Origin: Armatimonadota bacterium
Lineage (GTDB): Bacteria; Armatimonadota; Fimbriimonadia; Fimbriimonadales; GBS-DC
Direction of reading: 5' to 3'
Length of the DNA stretch: 64,000 nucleotides
NCBI GenBank assembly: GCA_037445735.1
Contig: JBBIJY010000010.1
Span: 1-64,000 of the forward strand
The notes under the pieces are model-generated. The model saw nothing but the letters and a program-made list of their open reading frames with translations. It was not told the origin of the DNA and did no database searches. Of this stretch, positions 1 to 8,787 are shown in pieces (the stretch's first letter is position 1; each line of letters starts with the position of its first letter). The position numbers and the translations under genes are program-made.

Positions 1-26
1 GTCAGGTACCTCAGCCAGCTTCTCAT
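1..26 (-). CDS. 5' end of a gene running off the window edge (MRSWLRYL...)
   Basis: ATG at 26-24 with a GGGAGG RBS just upstream, preceded by a promoter and operator; only 8 codons are visible. Confidence 0.55.
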
Positions 27-57
27 CGTATCGCCTCCCATCGTTTGGTTCCACAAA

Positions 58-84
58 GTCATTAGACCAACTCAGTCTAATGAC
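58..84. promoter_or_regulatory. Palindromic operator, TetR-like geometry
   Basis: Perfect 10-bp inverted repeat GTCATTAGAC-N7-GTCTAATGAC immediately downstream of the -10 box at 92-97. Confidence 0.65.
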
Positions 85-91
85 GCCATTC

Positions 92-121
92 ATTATACCC
101 CCTCGATGACAGAAAAGTCAA
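92..121 (-). promoter_or_regulatory. Sigma70-type promoter
   Basis: TTGACT (121-116), 18-nt spacer, TATAAT (97-92). Confidence 0.7.
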
Positions 122-168
122 GGGGGGGAGTGGATGTTCGAAAATTCGGGGCATAATCCTGAGTGAAA

Positions 169-256
169 CCCCCTCACCCGTACCCTCTCCCCCAAGGGGG
201 GAGAGGGTTGAATGAACTCCCTCTCCCACAGCGTGGGAGAGGGACGGGGTGAGGGG
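169..256. repeat. Palindromic double-hairpin repeat element, intergenic copy
   Basis: CCCCTCACCCGTACCCTCTCCC...GGGAGAGGG-TGAATGAACTC-CCTCTCCC...GGGAGAGGG..GGGGTGAGGGG; closely matches the copy inside ispE, including the linker. Confidence 0.9.
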
Positions 257-375
257 CATCTTCTCCTCTGGGCGGGGAATCCTGCTCCCAGATAGGAATT
301 TTCGAACACCCTCAGGGAGGCGGGCGTTCGAAAATCCGTTTTCAGATGAGACCGCTGGAGTCTGTTCTCTGCCCG

Positions 376-1020
376 CTACAGGCGGAATGGGGTGAAGGCA
401 ATATAGAAGCCCACCAGGTCGGCGTCGCGGGTGAGGTGATTGCGCGAGTAGTAGGTGTAAAAATAGACCGAATCGCTGAGGGCGCGTCCGATACCGACGC
501 TGGTATAGCCATCGCCCCCGGGCAGGCGCAGATATTCACAGCTGATGTCCAGCACGCGGGGGACCTGAAACTGAGCGCCGACGCCCCAGCCCCACCGATT
601 CGCCTGGTAGAACGACCCCACATGGAATCGCCCGAACGAAGTTGTGCGCGTGCCCACCACATAGTACTGGGGTTGAGCGTTTTCAGCGACATTCCACACG
701 CCCACTGCAACGCCGGGGGACCGCTCGCTTTCAGGGTTCAGCACCAGGCGCGTGTTGAACGACCACTGACGCACCTGCGGCTGGTCGACCCCCACGCAGT
801 CGATGCCGAACTCGAAGCGGTCGGTCAGCATCCACTGGGTGTAGAGGCAGCGGGTGCGCGTCTCACGGTAGAAGTGTGAGAGACCAAACTGCTCGGCAGC
901 CAGATAGAGCGAGCGTGCCGATCCACGATTCGCGGTGGGCATAAACACCACCGTCTCGGGGATAGGTAGCGCAAGACTCACCAACCCCGTCAGTGCCAGA
1001 ACTACCACCTGGTGTCTCAT
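376..1020 (-). CDS. Exported beta-rich hypothetical protein, possible outer-membrane protein
   Basis: N-terminal hydrophobic signal peptide, alternating aromatic/Gly beta-strand pattern, GAGG RBS. Confidence 0.65.
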   Translation of the reverse strand: MRHQVVVLALTGLVSLALPIPETVVFMPTANRGSARSLYLAAEQFGLSHFYRETRTRCLYTQWMLTDRFEFGIDCVGVDQPQVRQWSFNTRLVLNPESERSPGVAVGVWNVAENAQPQYYVVGTRTTSFGRFHVGSFYQANRWGWGVGAQFQVPRVLDISCEYLRLPGGDGYTSVGIGRALSDSVYFYTYYSRNHLTRDADLVGFYIAFTPFRL

Positions 1021-1100
1021 CGTTGCACCTCAGGGGTGCTTTTTCCACGAATCTGGCATGCCGATTCAGGTAAAATTTCGGGTGTAGGGAGGCGAGATCA

Positions 1101-2051
1101 ATGCAGAGGCGTAAAATCCGAGCGGCGATGGTGACCGATGTCGGCGGCATCGGCGATGAGTCGTTTAATGCCTCCGCGTGGCGCGGGCTGCAACGCGCCC
1201 AGAAGGAGCTGGGCGCGGAGGTGCGCTATCTGGAGTCGCGAACCGCTGCCGACTATGTGCGCAACCTCACCTCGCTGGCACGACAGGGCTATGATGTGGT
1301 CTTCGCGGTTGGCTTTCTGATGGAGGATGCACTGGCGCGCGTTGCCCCCCGATTCCCCAGAGTCTACTTCGGGATTGTGGATGGGCGTGCGCCGAACCTG
1401 CCCAACTGCGTGTCGCTCATCTTCAACGAGCAGGAAGGTTCATTTCTGGTGGGCGCGCTCGCGGGCGCGATGACCCGCACCAACATTGTGGGCTTCATCG
1501 GTGGCATGAATGTGCCGCTCATCAAAAAGTTCGAGTACGGCTATCGAGCGGGCGTGCGAACCACCAACCCGCGCGCGAAGGTGCTGGTCGGCTACACGGG
1601 CAACTGGGACGATGTGACCAAGGGGCGCGAGCTGGCGCTGACCCAGTTCAATCAGGGCGCCGACATCATCTATCACGCGGCAGGGCGCTGCGGTATCGGG
1701 GTCATTCGCGCCGCCCAGCAGAAGGGCAAGGGCTACTTCGCGATTGGCGTCGACAGCGACCAGGACCATCTGGCACCGGGGCGCGTGCTAACCAGCATGA
1801 TGAAGCGTGTGGATAACGCCGTGTTCGATGTGTGTCGGCGCGTGGCGGAGGGGCGGTTCCAGCCAGGCACGATTGTGTATGGCGTGAAGGAGAAGGGCGT
1901 CGGGCTGAGCCCGATGCGCTTCACACGCAAGCTGGTGCCGCCCGCGGTCATGGCGAAGATTCGCAAGCTGGAGCAGATGATCGCGCAGGGCACGCTGAAG
2001 CCGCCCTACGATGCTGCGACCTTCGCCCAGTTCCGTCCGCCGAAGGTGTAA
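1101..2051 (+). CDS. BMP family (PnrA/TmpC-like) nucleoside-binding protein
   Basis: Motifs DVGGIGDESFNASAW, FNEQEGSFLVG, AIGVDSDQ, TSMMKRVD; GGAGG RBS. Confidence 0.9.
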   Translation: MQRRKIRAAMVTDVGGIGDESFNASAWRGLQRAQKELGAEVRYLESRTAADYVRNLTSLARQGYDVVFAVGFLMEDALARVAPRFPRVYFGIVDGRAPNLPNCVSLIFNEQEGSFLVGALAGAMTRTNIVGFIGGMNVPLIKKFEYGYRAGVRTTNPRAKVLVGYTGNWDDVTKGRELALTQFNQGADIIYHAAGRCGIGVIRAAQQKGKGYFAIGVDSDQDHLAPGRVLTSMMKRVDNAVFDVCRRVAEGRFQPGTIVYGVKEKGVGLSPMRFTRKLVPPAVMAKIRKLEQMIAQGTLKPPYDAATFAQFRPPKV

Positions 2052-2055
2052 GGGC

Positions 2056-2523
2056 ATGGTGCGCCCCAGCTGGGACGACTATTTTATGCAGATTGCGCAT
2101 GTGGTGGCAAGTCGGGCGACCTGCCCCCGCCGCAGCGTCGGCGCCCTCATCGTGCTGGACAAACGCATTCTGGCAACGGGCTACAACGGCGCACCGCGCG
2201 GACTGGCGCACTGCACAGAGGTCGGCTGCCACATCGTGGCGGGGCACTGCATCCGTGCCCTGCACGCCGAGCAGAACGCCATCCTGCAAGCCGCATTAAA
2301 CGGCGTCTCCACGCGCGGCGCCACGATGTATGTCACTTGTCAGCCATGCAACCACTGTGCCAAGATGATGATTAACGCAGGCATCATCCGCGTGGTATTC
2401 GAAGGCGACTATCCCGACGAGTTCGCGCTGGAGCTGTTCGCGGAGGCGGGCACTGCGCTGGAACGATTCGTGGACGGCAGGCTTATCCCGGTTGACCTGA
2501 CACCCTTCAGACCGAGGCGATGA
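2056..2523 (+). CDS. dCMP deaminase (ComEB-like)
   Basis: RPSWDDYFM, TGYNG, HAEQNA and PCNHC zinc motifs. Confidence 0.9.
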   Translation: MVRPSWDDYFMQIAHVVASRATCPRRSVGALIVLDKRILATGYNGAPRGLAHCTEVGCHIVAGHCIRALHAEQNAILQAALNGVSTRGATMYVTCQPCNHCAKMMINAGIIRVVFEGDYPDEFALELFAEAGTALERFVDGRLIPVDLTPFRPRR

Positions 2524-3539
2524 AAACGATAACGGCGGTCTTTGTGATTGCGCTGGTGGCGACCTATCTGCTCACGCCGTGGGTGCGGGAGTGGGCGATC
2601 CGTGCGGGCGTGATGGACATCCCCGACGCGCGGCGCGTGCATAAGGAGCCGATTCCGCGCTGGGGCGGCTTCGCCATCTATATCGGCGTGCTACTGGGCA
2701 TGCTGGCGGGACTGCTACGGCTCTACCTGCTGGCGCCCAGCGCGGAGGTGTTCCTCGCCCGCGCCACACCGATTCTGGGGCTGCTGCTCATCGGCACGGG
2801 CGTGCTGCTGTTCGGCATGCTGGACGATAAGCGCAACTTCCCCGCGTTGACCCAGGCGGCGGTGCTGCTGCTTGCAGGGCTGCTGGTGCAGTGGTTTGGC
2901 GTGCGCATCGAGGGCTTCATGGCGCCGCTGGGCGGTCGATTCAGCGACGCTCGCTGGATCCCCTTCGGCTGGTGGGCAATCCCCATCACCGCCATCTGGA
3001 TGTTCGTGATTGCCAAGACGATGGACACCATCGATGGGCTGGATGGTCTGGCGGCGGGGGTGAGCGCGATTGCGGCGCTCGCGCTCGCGCTGATGGCGTT
3101 GCAGGCAGCCAATATTCTCAATCAGCCCTATCCGAACTGGCTGATAGCCATCAGCGCGGCGGCGATTGCGGGCGCGGCGGCAGGCTTTTTGCGCTATAAC
3201 TTTAACCCGGCACGCATCTTTATGGGCACGGGCGGGGCGCAGTTTCTCGGCTTCATGCTGGCGGGGCTGGCGGTCATCGGCGCGTTCAAGGCGGCGACCA
3301 TCTTCGCGATTGTCATCCCCCTGCTGGTGTTCGGCTTGCCGCTGATCGACGCGGTGAATGTGGTCATCCGGCGGGCGCTGAGCCGTCAGCCGATTCACAA
3401 GCCCGATAAGCGCCATATCCACCATCAGCTGCTGGAGCGCGGGCTGAGCCATCGCCAGACGGTGCTGCTGCTGTACGGCGTGACGCTGATGCTCGCGCTG
3501 TTAGCCGTGTGGCTCTTCGTGCGGGCGCTCGGCGGATAG
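2520..3539 (+). CDS. Undecaprenyl-phosphate GlcNAc-1-phosphate transferase (MraY/WecA/TagO family)
   Basis: Multi-pass membrane protein with RRVH, LDD, DGLDGLA, YNFNPARIFMG and DKRHIHH motifs. Confidence 0.9.
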   Translation: MKTITAVFVIALVATYLLTPWVREWAIRAGVMDIPDARRVHKEPIPRWGGFAIYIGVLLGMLAGLLRLYLLAPSAEVFLARATPILGLLLIGTGVLLFGMLDDKRNFPALTQAAVLLLAGLLVQWFGVRIEGFMAPLGGRFSDARWIPFGWWAIPITAIWMFVIAKTMDTIDGLDGLAAGVSAIAALALALMALQAANILNQPYPNWLIAISAAAIAGAAAGFLRYNFNPARIFMGTGGAQFLGFMLAGLAVIGAFKAATIFAIVIPLLVFGLPLIDAVNVVIRRALSRQPIHKPDKRHIHHQLLERGLSHRQTVLLLYGVTLMLALLAVWLFVRALGG

Positions 3540-3968
3540 GCGTTTCTGATGCTGGCGCAAAATGAGCAGGAGCGCCACATAGTCGTCGTAGGGTTCGGGC
3601 GGCACGCGCAGACCGCGGGGCAGCAGGCGGCGCCAGCCACGCGGCGGATGGAACCGAAAGTAGAGCTGGCGCGCCTGCAGGGTGGTGTCGCGCTCCTCCA
3701 CCAGCTGCCAGCGACGGTCAGGAAACTGCGCTTTCAGGCGCGACAGCAGAGCGCGACTGCCTGTGCCCGCGCCCAGCAGCAACTGCTGGGGAGCATACTG
3801 CTGAAGCCATTCGGGCAGGCGAGCCATCAGCTCGTCGATGGCAATCACCGCCCGCAGCAGCACCTGCGCGGCGTCGGGCAACTGCTCCTCGGACACAGGC
3901 TGATCGGGCAGCTCGGCAATCGCGACGCCTGCCTTCCGGGTGCCAGGGTCAATCGCCAGGTAGCGCAT
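3501..3968 (-). CDS. YqgF/RuvX-like RNase H-fold protein
   Basis: LAIDPGTRKAGVA, VEERDTT and DDYVA motifs. Confidence 0.75.
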   Translation of the reverse strand: MRYLAIDPGTRKAGVAIAELPDQPVSEEQLPDAAQVLLRAVIAIDELMARLPEWLQQYAPQQLLLGAGTGSRALLSRLKAQFPDRRWQLVEERDTTLQARQLYFRFHPPRGWRRLLPRGLRVPPEPYDDYVALLLILRQHQKRLSAERPHEEPHG

Positions 3969-3976
3969 GGTGGGCT

Positions 3977-5056
3977 TCACTTTCGGGTGCGCGGGCGCGG
4001 TTTCAGCCCCAGGGCGCGCACCACCGCGTTATAGCGTGGCGGCACGCGCAGCGGCTCACACGCGCTGGCGAGCAGGGCAGTGTCAGGGTCTTTCAGCCCG
4101 TGCCCCGTGAGCGTGACGGTGATGGTCGCAGGCTGGGTGAAGTAGCCTGCTCGCGCCAGTTTGAGCAGTCCGGCAATCGGCGCTGCGCTGGCAGGCTCCG
4201 CGAAGATACCCTCCAGCCGCGCCAGCAGCCGATACGCCTCCAGAATCTCCGCGTCGCTCACCTTTTCGAACAGTCCGCCCGACTGCTGCTGCGCCTGCAC
4301 CGCCGCCTGCCAGTTAGCAGGGTTGCCGATTCGGATGGCGGTCGCCAGCGTTTCAGGGCTGCAAATCACACGGTTCTCCACGAGAGGCGCGGCGCCCGCC
4401 GCCTGAAAGCCCAGCATCTTCGGCAGGCGCGTGGTGCGACCCAGCGCGTGATATTCACAAAACCCCTGCCAGTATGCCGCGATGTTGCGGGCGTTGCCCA
4501 CCGGGATTGCGTGATAGTCAGGCGCGTCGCCCAGCGCATCGCAAATCTCGAACGCGGCGGTCTTCTGACCCTCCGCCCGATAGGGATTAATGGAGTTGAC
4601 CAGCGTGATGGGATAGCGTTCGCTCAGCATGCACACCAGTTGCAACGCGGCGTCGAAGCTGCCCTCGATCTGGAGGACCTGGGCGCCGTGCATCAGTGCC
4701 TGCGTCAGCTTGCCCAGCGCGACCTTGCCGTGCGGCAGCAGCACAAAGCAGGGCAATCCCGCCCGCGCCGCGTAAGCCGCCGCCGACGCCGATGTGTTGC
4801 CCGTCGAAGCGCAAATCAGCGCCTGCGAGCCTTCCTCTAACGCTTTGGACACCGCGACGGTCATGCCCCTATCTTTGAAGGAGCCAGTCGGGTTCGAGCC
4901 TTCCAGTTTCAGCCACAGGCGCGCTTCGGGATGGATCAGGCGTGCCAGGCGCGGCGCCTCCACCAGCGGCGTGTCGCCCTCGTTTAGCGTTACAATCGGC
5001 GTGCGCTCCGTGATGGGCAGATACGCCCGATAACGCGCAATAATGCCCCCAGCCAT
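3977..5056 (-). CDS. thrC: Threonine synthase
   Basis: [13 protein letters not shown]-lysine motif, [24 protein letters not shown]. Confidence 0.93.
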   Translation of the reverse strand: MAGGIIARYRAYLPITERTPIVTLNEGDTPLVEAPRLARLIHPEARLWLKLEGSNPTGSFKDRGMTVAVSKALEEGSQALICASTGNTSASAAAYAARAGLPCFVLLPHGKVALGKLTQALMHGAQVLQIEGSFDAALQLVCMLSERYPITLVNSINPYRAEGQKTAAFEICDALGDAPDYHAIPVGNARNIAAYWQGFCEYHALGRTTRLPKMLGFQAAGAAPLVENRVICSPETLATAIRIGNPANWQAAVQAQQQSGGLFEKVSDAEILEAYRLLARLEGIFAEPASAAPIAGLLKLARAGYFTQPATITVTLTGHGLKDPDTALLASACEPLRVPPRYNAVVRALGLKPRPRTRK

Positions 5057-5156
5057 AGACGCGCCGAATCATACCCGTCGGAACGCCCTCTCCCGAAGCA
5101 GGGTATAATCTTCACAGGGCAGGATGCCCTTGCCCCAATCGCCAGGAGACTGGCGG

Positions 5157-6068
5157 ATGATAACTTTCTCGAACGGTGAGCGGGTGGAGTTTCTCACGGG
5201 CAGCGGCGCGCTGGGCTTCGACGGGCGCGGCTGGTGGTGGGAGTATCCCCTGCGCTGGGTGGGGCTGCTGAACCCGCGTGAGTTTGCTATTGTGGTCAAA
5301 ACGCTCACGCTGCACCCGCGCCGGGGCAACCTGCGCGGGTACGCGCCCTGGCGCTGCGTGCGCCTCATTCCGGGCGGCACAGTGAACGCCGTCGGGCTGA
5401 CCAACCCCGGCATCGAGTGGTGGCTCCGCGCCTGCTACCCCCGCATGCAACGGATGGGCTTGCAGACCATCGTGTCGGTGCATGCCGCAACGGTGGCGGA
5501 AGCGCAGCAGATGGCGCAGCTGCTAACTCCCCTGCGACTGACAGCGATTGAGCTGAACGCCTCCTGCCCGAATGTGCCGCACGATTCTGCCGTTGCACAT
5601 GGGGTGGCAGTTGCCCGCGCGCTGCGCGAGGCGGGACATCCGCTGATTGTGAAGGTCGGCTATGATCAGCCCTATGTGGAGCTGGCGCAGGCGCTGGAGG
5701 GCATCGCGGAGGCAATCCATGCGATTAACGCGGTGCCCTGGGGTGTGGTGTTTCCACAGCGCCGGTCGCCACTAACGCATCTGGGTGGCGGGGCGGTGTC
5801 AGGCGAGCCGATACGCCCCTTCGTGCGCGAGGCGGTCGCCCGATTGAGCCACGCCACCCGCCTGCCGATTATCGCAGGGGGCGGAATCTATACGCTGAAC
5901 GATCTGGAGGAGCTGTGGGCGCTGGGCGCCCGCGCCTTCAGCATCGGCACGCTGTTTCTGCGAGTGCCGTGGCAACCCAATCGCCTCGTGCGCCAGTGGC
6001 GACAGTCGCACCCGTACGCCGAACCCGCTCAGGAGTCTGCCCCTACTCGCCCGCACTGCCAAAGTTGA
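5157..6068 (+). CDS. Dihydroorotate dehydrogenase-like flavoprotein
   Basis: KT, NAVGLTNPG, ELNASCPN, GGAVSG and IAGGGI motifs; GGAG RBS before ATG 5157. Confidence 0.75.
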   Translation: MITFSNGERVEFLTGSGALGFDGRGWWWEYPLRWVGLLNPREFAIVVKTLTLHPRRGNLRGYAPWRCVRLIPGGTVNAVGLTNPGIEWWLRACYPRMQRMGLQTIVSVHAATVAEAQQMAQLLTPLRLTAIELNASCPNVPHDSAVAHGVAVARALREAGHPLIVKVGYDQPYVELAQALEGIAEAIHAINAVPWGVVFPQRRSPLTHLGGGAVSGEPIRPFVREAVARLSHATRLPIIAGGGIYTLNDLEELWALGARAFSIGTLFLRVPWQPNRLVRQWRQSHPYAEPAQESAPTRPHCQS

Positions 6069-7752
6069 ACAGCACAATCAGCAGGTCGGCGTCGTCCACC
6101 GCACCGTCACCGTTCACATCTTCAGGCAAGCCATTGCCCGACTGCCCGAAAGCGAACAGCACCATCAGCAAATCGGCGTCGTCGATCTGATTGTCGCGGT
6201 TCGCGTCGCCGTTGATGAGCGTCCAGTTGACGCTGGTATTGGGCGCAAGGGTGAGCGTTTGCCGTCGGGAGAGCCAGCCCGGCACCCGCACGCGCACCGA
6301 CGCCGTGCCGCTCAGCGCGGTGGCGACGGTGTATTGACCGTTTGCTTGCAGCACGGTCGTGGTGGCGTCGGTCTGCTGACCGCTCTGAAAACTGAACTGC
6401 GCTGTCTTGCCTGCTGGATCGGGCAGGTAATCGCTCAGAATGATTCGCCCTGTTAAAAACGGCGGCGCCTGCACGCGCTGAATACCGACCGCAGGAGTGT
6501 TATCGCTGCCCTGATTGACCGTGCTGATGGCGTACAGGCTGGCGTCGGGCGCGTCGATCAGCAGTTCGGGCTGCTCGTCTGCTTGGCTCAACCCACCCAG
6601 CGCGAGCGCGCCCATCAGCGAGCCATCGGGGCGCCACCATTGCAGGAACGGCTTCCAGCGCTCGGTGTCGGTCAGCTGGGCAATCAGCAGGGTGCAGGCG
6701 TTCGCGCTCGTGTGGACGCCCGCGACGGCGCGATAGACGCCACTGAGCGATTGCGAACCCATCAGGTTGCCGTCCGCATCGCCCAGCACAATAGCTGTCC
6801 ATCGCGCGCTGGACGATTCGGCGTTCCCGGCAATCAACCAGCCCCTGCCCAGCGCGGTCAGCACATCAGGGATCGAGTCGCCCGGCGCGTTGCTGATGGG
6901 CAGTTGCCAGAGCAATGTGCCGTCGGCTGCCAGGTGCATCAGCAGAAGTCGTGCCTGCTGTGCCGATGACTCCCAGACTGTGCCCAGCAGGTAGATCGTG
7001 CCATCGCTTGCCTGCGCCGAGCGCTCGGCATAGAACGGCAACAACAATTCCTGTTGAACTGTGCCCGTGTCGCTGAGCCACTGCAGCAGCGTTTGATCCC
7101 AGCGCTGCAGGATGCCATCAGGATCGGGCACACGCGCCATCAGCAGGCTTATGGTCGCGTTCAGGCGCAGGATGCCCAGCGGGGCACGGCTCCATGTCAG
7201 CGTCTGCGCCGGCGCGAAAAGATTCTGGGCGAGCTGCGTGCCGTTGCCATCAAACAGCAGCCGCGCATAGCCCAGCCAGCCCGTGCCATAGGCATGAAGC
7301 ACCTCCACCCCGTTCGGGCGAACAATCAGCCGACGAACCACATCGTACTCGCCCAGATTGACCATCGCTGACCAGAGCATCGTGCCGTCCGCTGACCAGC
7401 GCTGCACATAAGCCAGCGAGTCTCTGTCGGCGCGGGTGATGGCTAAGTAGAAGGAGCTATCGGATGCAGCGGCAATCGCTTCGGCGTTATAGGATTGCCC
7501 CGATTCGCTGATGGTGCGCGCCCAGAGCAGGTCGCCCTGCGGGGAGTATTTCAGCACAGCGACGCCATAATGCCCCGCGTCCATAATGTAGCGGGCGGCA
7601 ATCAGCAGATTGCCCTGCGAGTCGACGGTGGCGACCTGCGGCAGGCAACCCCGCGAGCCGGAGGGCACAAACAGTCGGCTCCAGAGAACGCTCTGCGCGA
7701 ACCCACCCTGCACGAGCAATATCAGACAGACCAGCCCTGTGAGCGTGCGCAT
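6043..7752 (-). CDS. Secreted beta-propeller-like protein with C-terminal dockerin/EF-hand-like repeat
   Basis: Signal peptide, repeated G.LLW blades, duplicated GDAN.D..DDADLL.VLF.FG at the C-terminus. Confidence 0.8.
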   Translation of the reverse strand: MRTLTGLVCLILLVQGGFAQSVLWSRLFVPSGSRGCLPQVATVDSQGNLLIAARYIMDAGHYGVAVLKYSPQGDLLWARTISESGQSYNAEAIAAASDSSFYLAITRADRDSLAYVQRWSADGTMLWSAMVNLGEYDVVRRLIVRPNGVEVLHAYGTGWLGYARLLFDGNGTQLAQNLFAPAQTLTWSRAPLGILRLNATISLLMARVPDPDGILQRWDQTLLQWLSDTGTVQQELLLPFYAERSAQASDGTIYLLGTVWESSAQQARLLLMHLAADGTLLWQLPISNAPGDSIPDVLTALGRGWLIAGNAESSSARWTAIVLGDADGNLMGSQSLSGVYRAVAGVHTSANACTLLIAQLTDTERWKPFLQWWRPDGSLMGALALGGLSQADEQPELLIDAPDASLYAISTVNQGSDNTPAVGIQRVQAPPFLTGRIILSDYLPDPAGKTAQFSFQSGQQTDATTTVLQANGQYTVATALSGTASVRVRVPGWLSRRQTLTLAPNTSVNWTLINGDANRDNQIDDADLLMVLFAFGQSGNGLPEDVNGDGAVDDADLLIVLFNFGSAGE

Positions 7753-7761
7753 ACCATGCTA

Positions 7762-8787
7762 TTATAGCCCAAGTTGGGTGGCAACCGCCCAGTAGCCCTC
7801 CGATTGCAGGATGCTGGCGATTCGCTCCGCATCGCTTTGCGCGGCGCACAATGCCCCCTGCACCGCGCCGCTGCCACACAGCAGCACGCGAAGTGCCCCC
7901 AGCGACTCCATACGCGCCCGCAATCGCAGGAGAGGTTCCAGCGCGTCCAGCACCACCGCCTCGAAATCGTTATGCAGGAAAGGCACGAGCTGTTCGGGCG
8001 TCTGAATCGCGCCCTGCTGGATGGCTCGCGCTAAGGTTTCTGTTGGGGCGAATTGGCGCGTCCGTCTTAACGACTCAAGGCGACTGGATAGCTGCGTGTA
8101 CGCCCATGCGGTGGAGACGCCCACATCGGGCGGTCGAGCCAGCACCCACTCGAAGGGCGGCAGCGCGGGCAACGGTTGCACCTGCTCGCCCCGCCCACCC
8201 ACACGCGCGCACGCCCCACTCAAAAAGAAGGGCACATCGGAGCCAAGCTGCCGGGCGATTGCCAGCAACTCCATTTCAGCCCCCTCACCCGTACCCTCTC
8301 CCCCACTGGGGGAGAGGGCTGAATGAACTCCCTCTCCCCGCTGGGGAGAGGGTTGGGGTGAGGGGTTATTCGCATGCGCAAGATGGGAAGCCCCCTCACC
8401 CGTACCCTCTCCCCCACTGGGGGAGAGGGTTTTATGGGACCTTCGCTCCATAAAATAGCGCACGATTGCGGCGGCGTCGCTACTGCCTCCGCCGAGACCT
8501 CCCTGCGGCGGAATGCGCTTGATCAGGCGCACATGCCAGCCTGATCGCGCCGTCGCGCCCACCTGCTCCAGCGCCCGCCAGACCAGATTGCGCTCATCGG
8601 TCGGCACGGCGAAGCCCTCCACCTCCAGCGCAATCGGCGGCTGGCGATTCGGGATGGGCGTCAGAATCAGCGTATCGTGCAGGCTCAGCGTGTGCATCAC
8701 GCTCGCGATGGTGTGGTAGCCATCCTCGCGACGCTCCAGCACCTCCAGTGTGAGGTTGATCTTGGCAGGCGCGTGCAGCTCAATCAT
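7762..8787 (-). CDS. ispE: 4-diphosphocytidyl-2C-methyl-D-erythritol kinase with in-frame repeat insertion
   Basis: [24 protein letters not shown] and LGSDVPFF motifs; ~50-aa Pro/Ser/Gly/Glu insert. Confidence 0.92.
   Translation of the reverse strand: MIELHAPAKINLTLEVLERREDGYHTIASVMHTLSLHDTLILTPIPNRQPPIALEVEGFAVPTDERNLVWRALEQVGATARSGWHVRLIKRIPPQGGLGGGSSDAAAIVRYFMERRSHKTLSPSGGEGTGEGASHLAHANNPSPQPSPQRGEGVHSALSPSGGEGTGEGAEMELLAIARQLGSDVPFFLSGACARVGGRGEQVQPLPALPPFEWVLARPPDVGVSTAWAYTQLSSRLESLRRTRQFAPTETLARAIQQGAIQTPEQLVPFLHNDFEAVVLDALEPLLRLRARMESLGALRVLLCGSGAVQGALCAAQSDAERIASILQSEGYWAVATQLGL
8280..8429. repeat. Palindromic repeat (one full plus one half unit) inserted in frame in ispE
   Basis: Full unit 8280-8365 and half unit 8391-8429; encodes [12 protein letters not shown]...[12 protein letters not shown]...[12 protein letters not shown]. 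Confidence 0.9.

Noticed and set aside
77-309. Short ORFs 77-259 and 118-309 (and 8220-8417)
   Set aside because: They are translations of the palindromic repeat, not independent genes.
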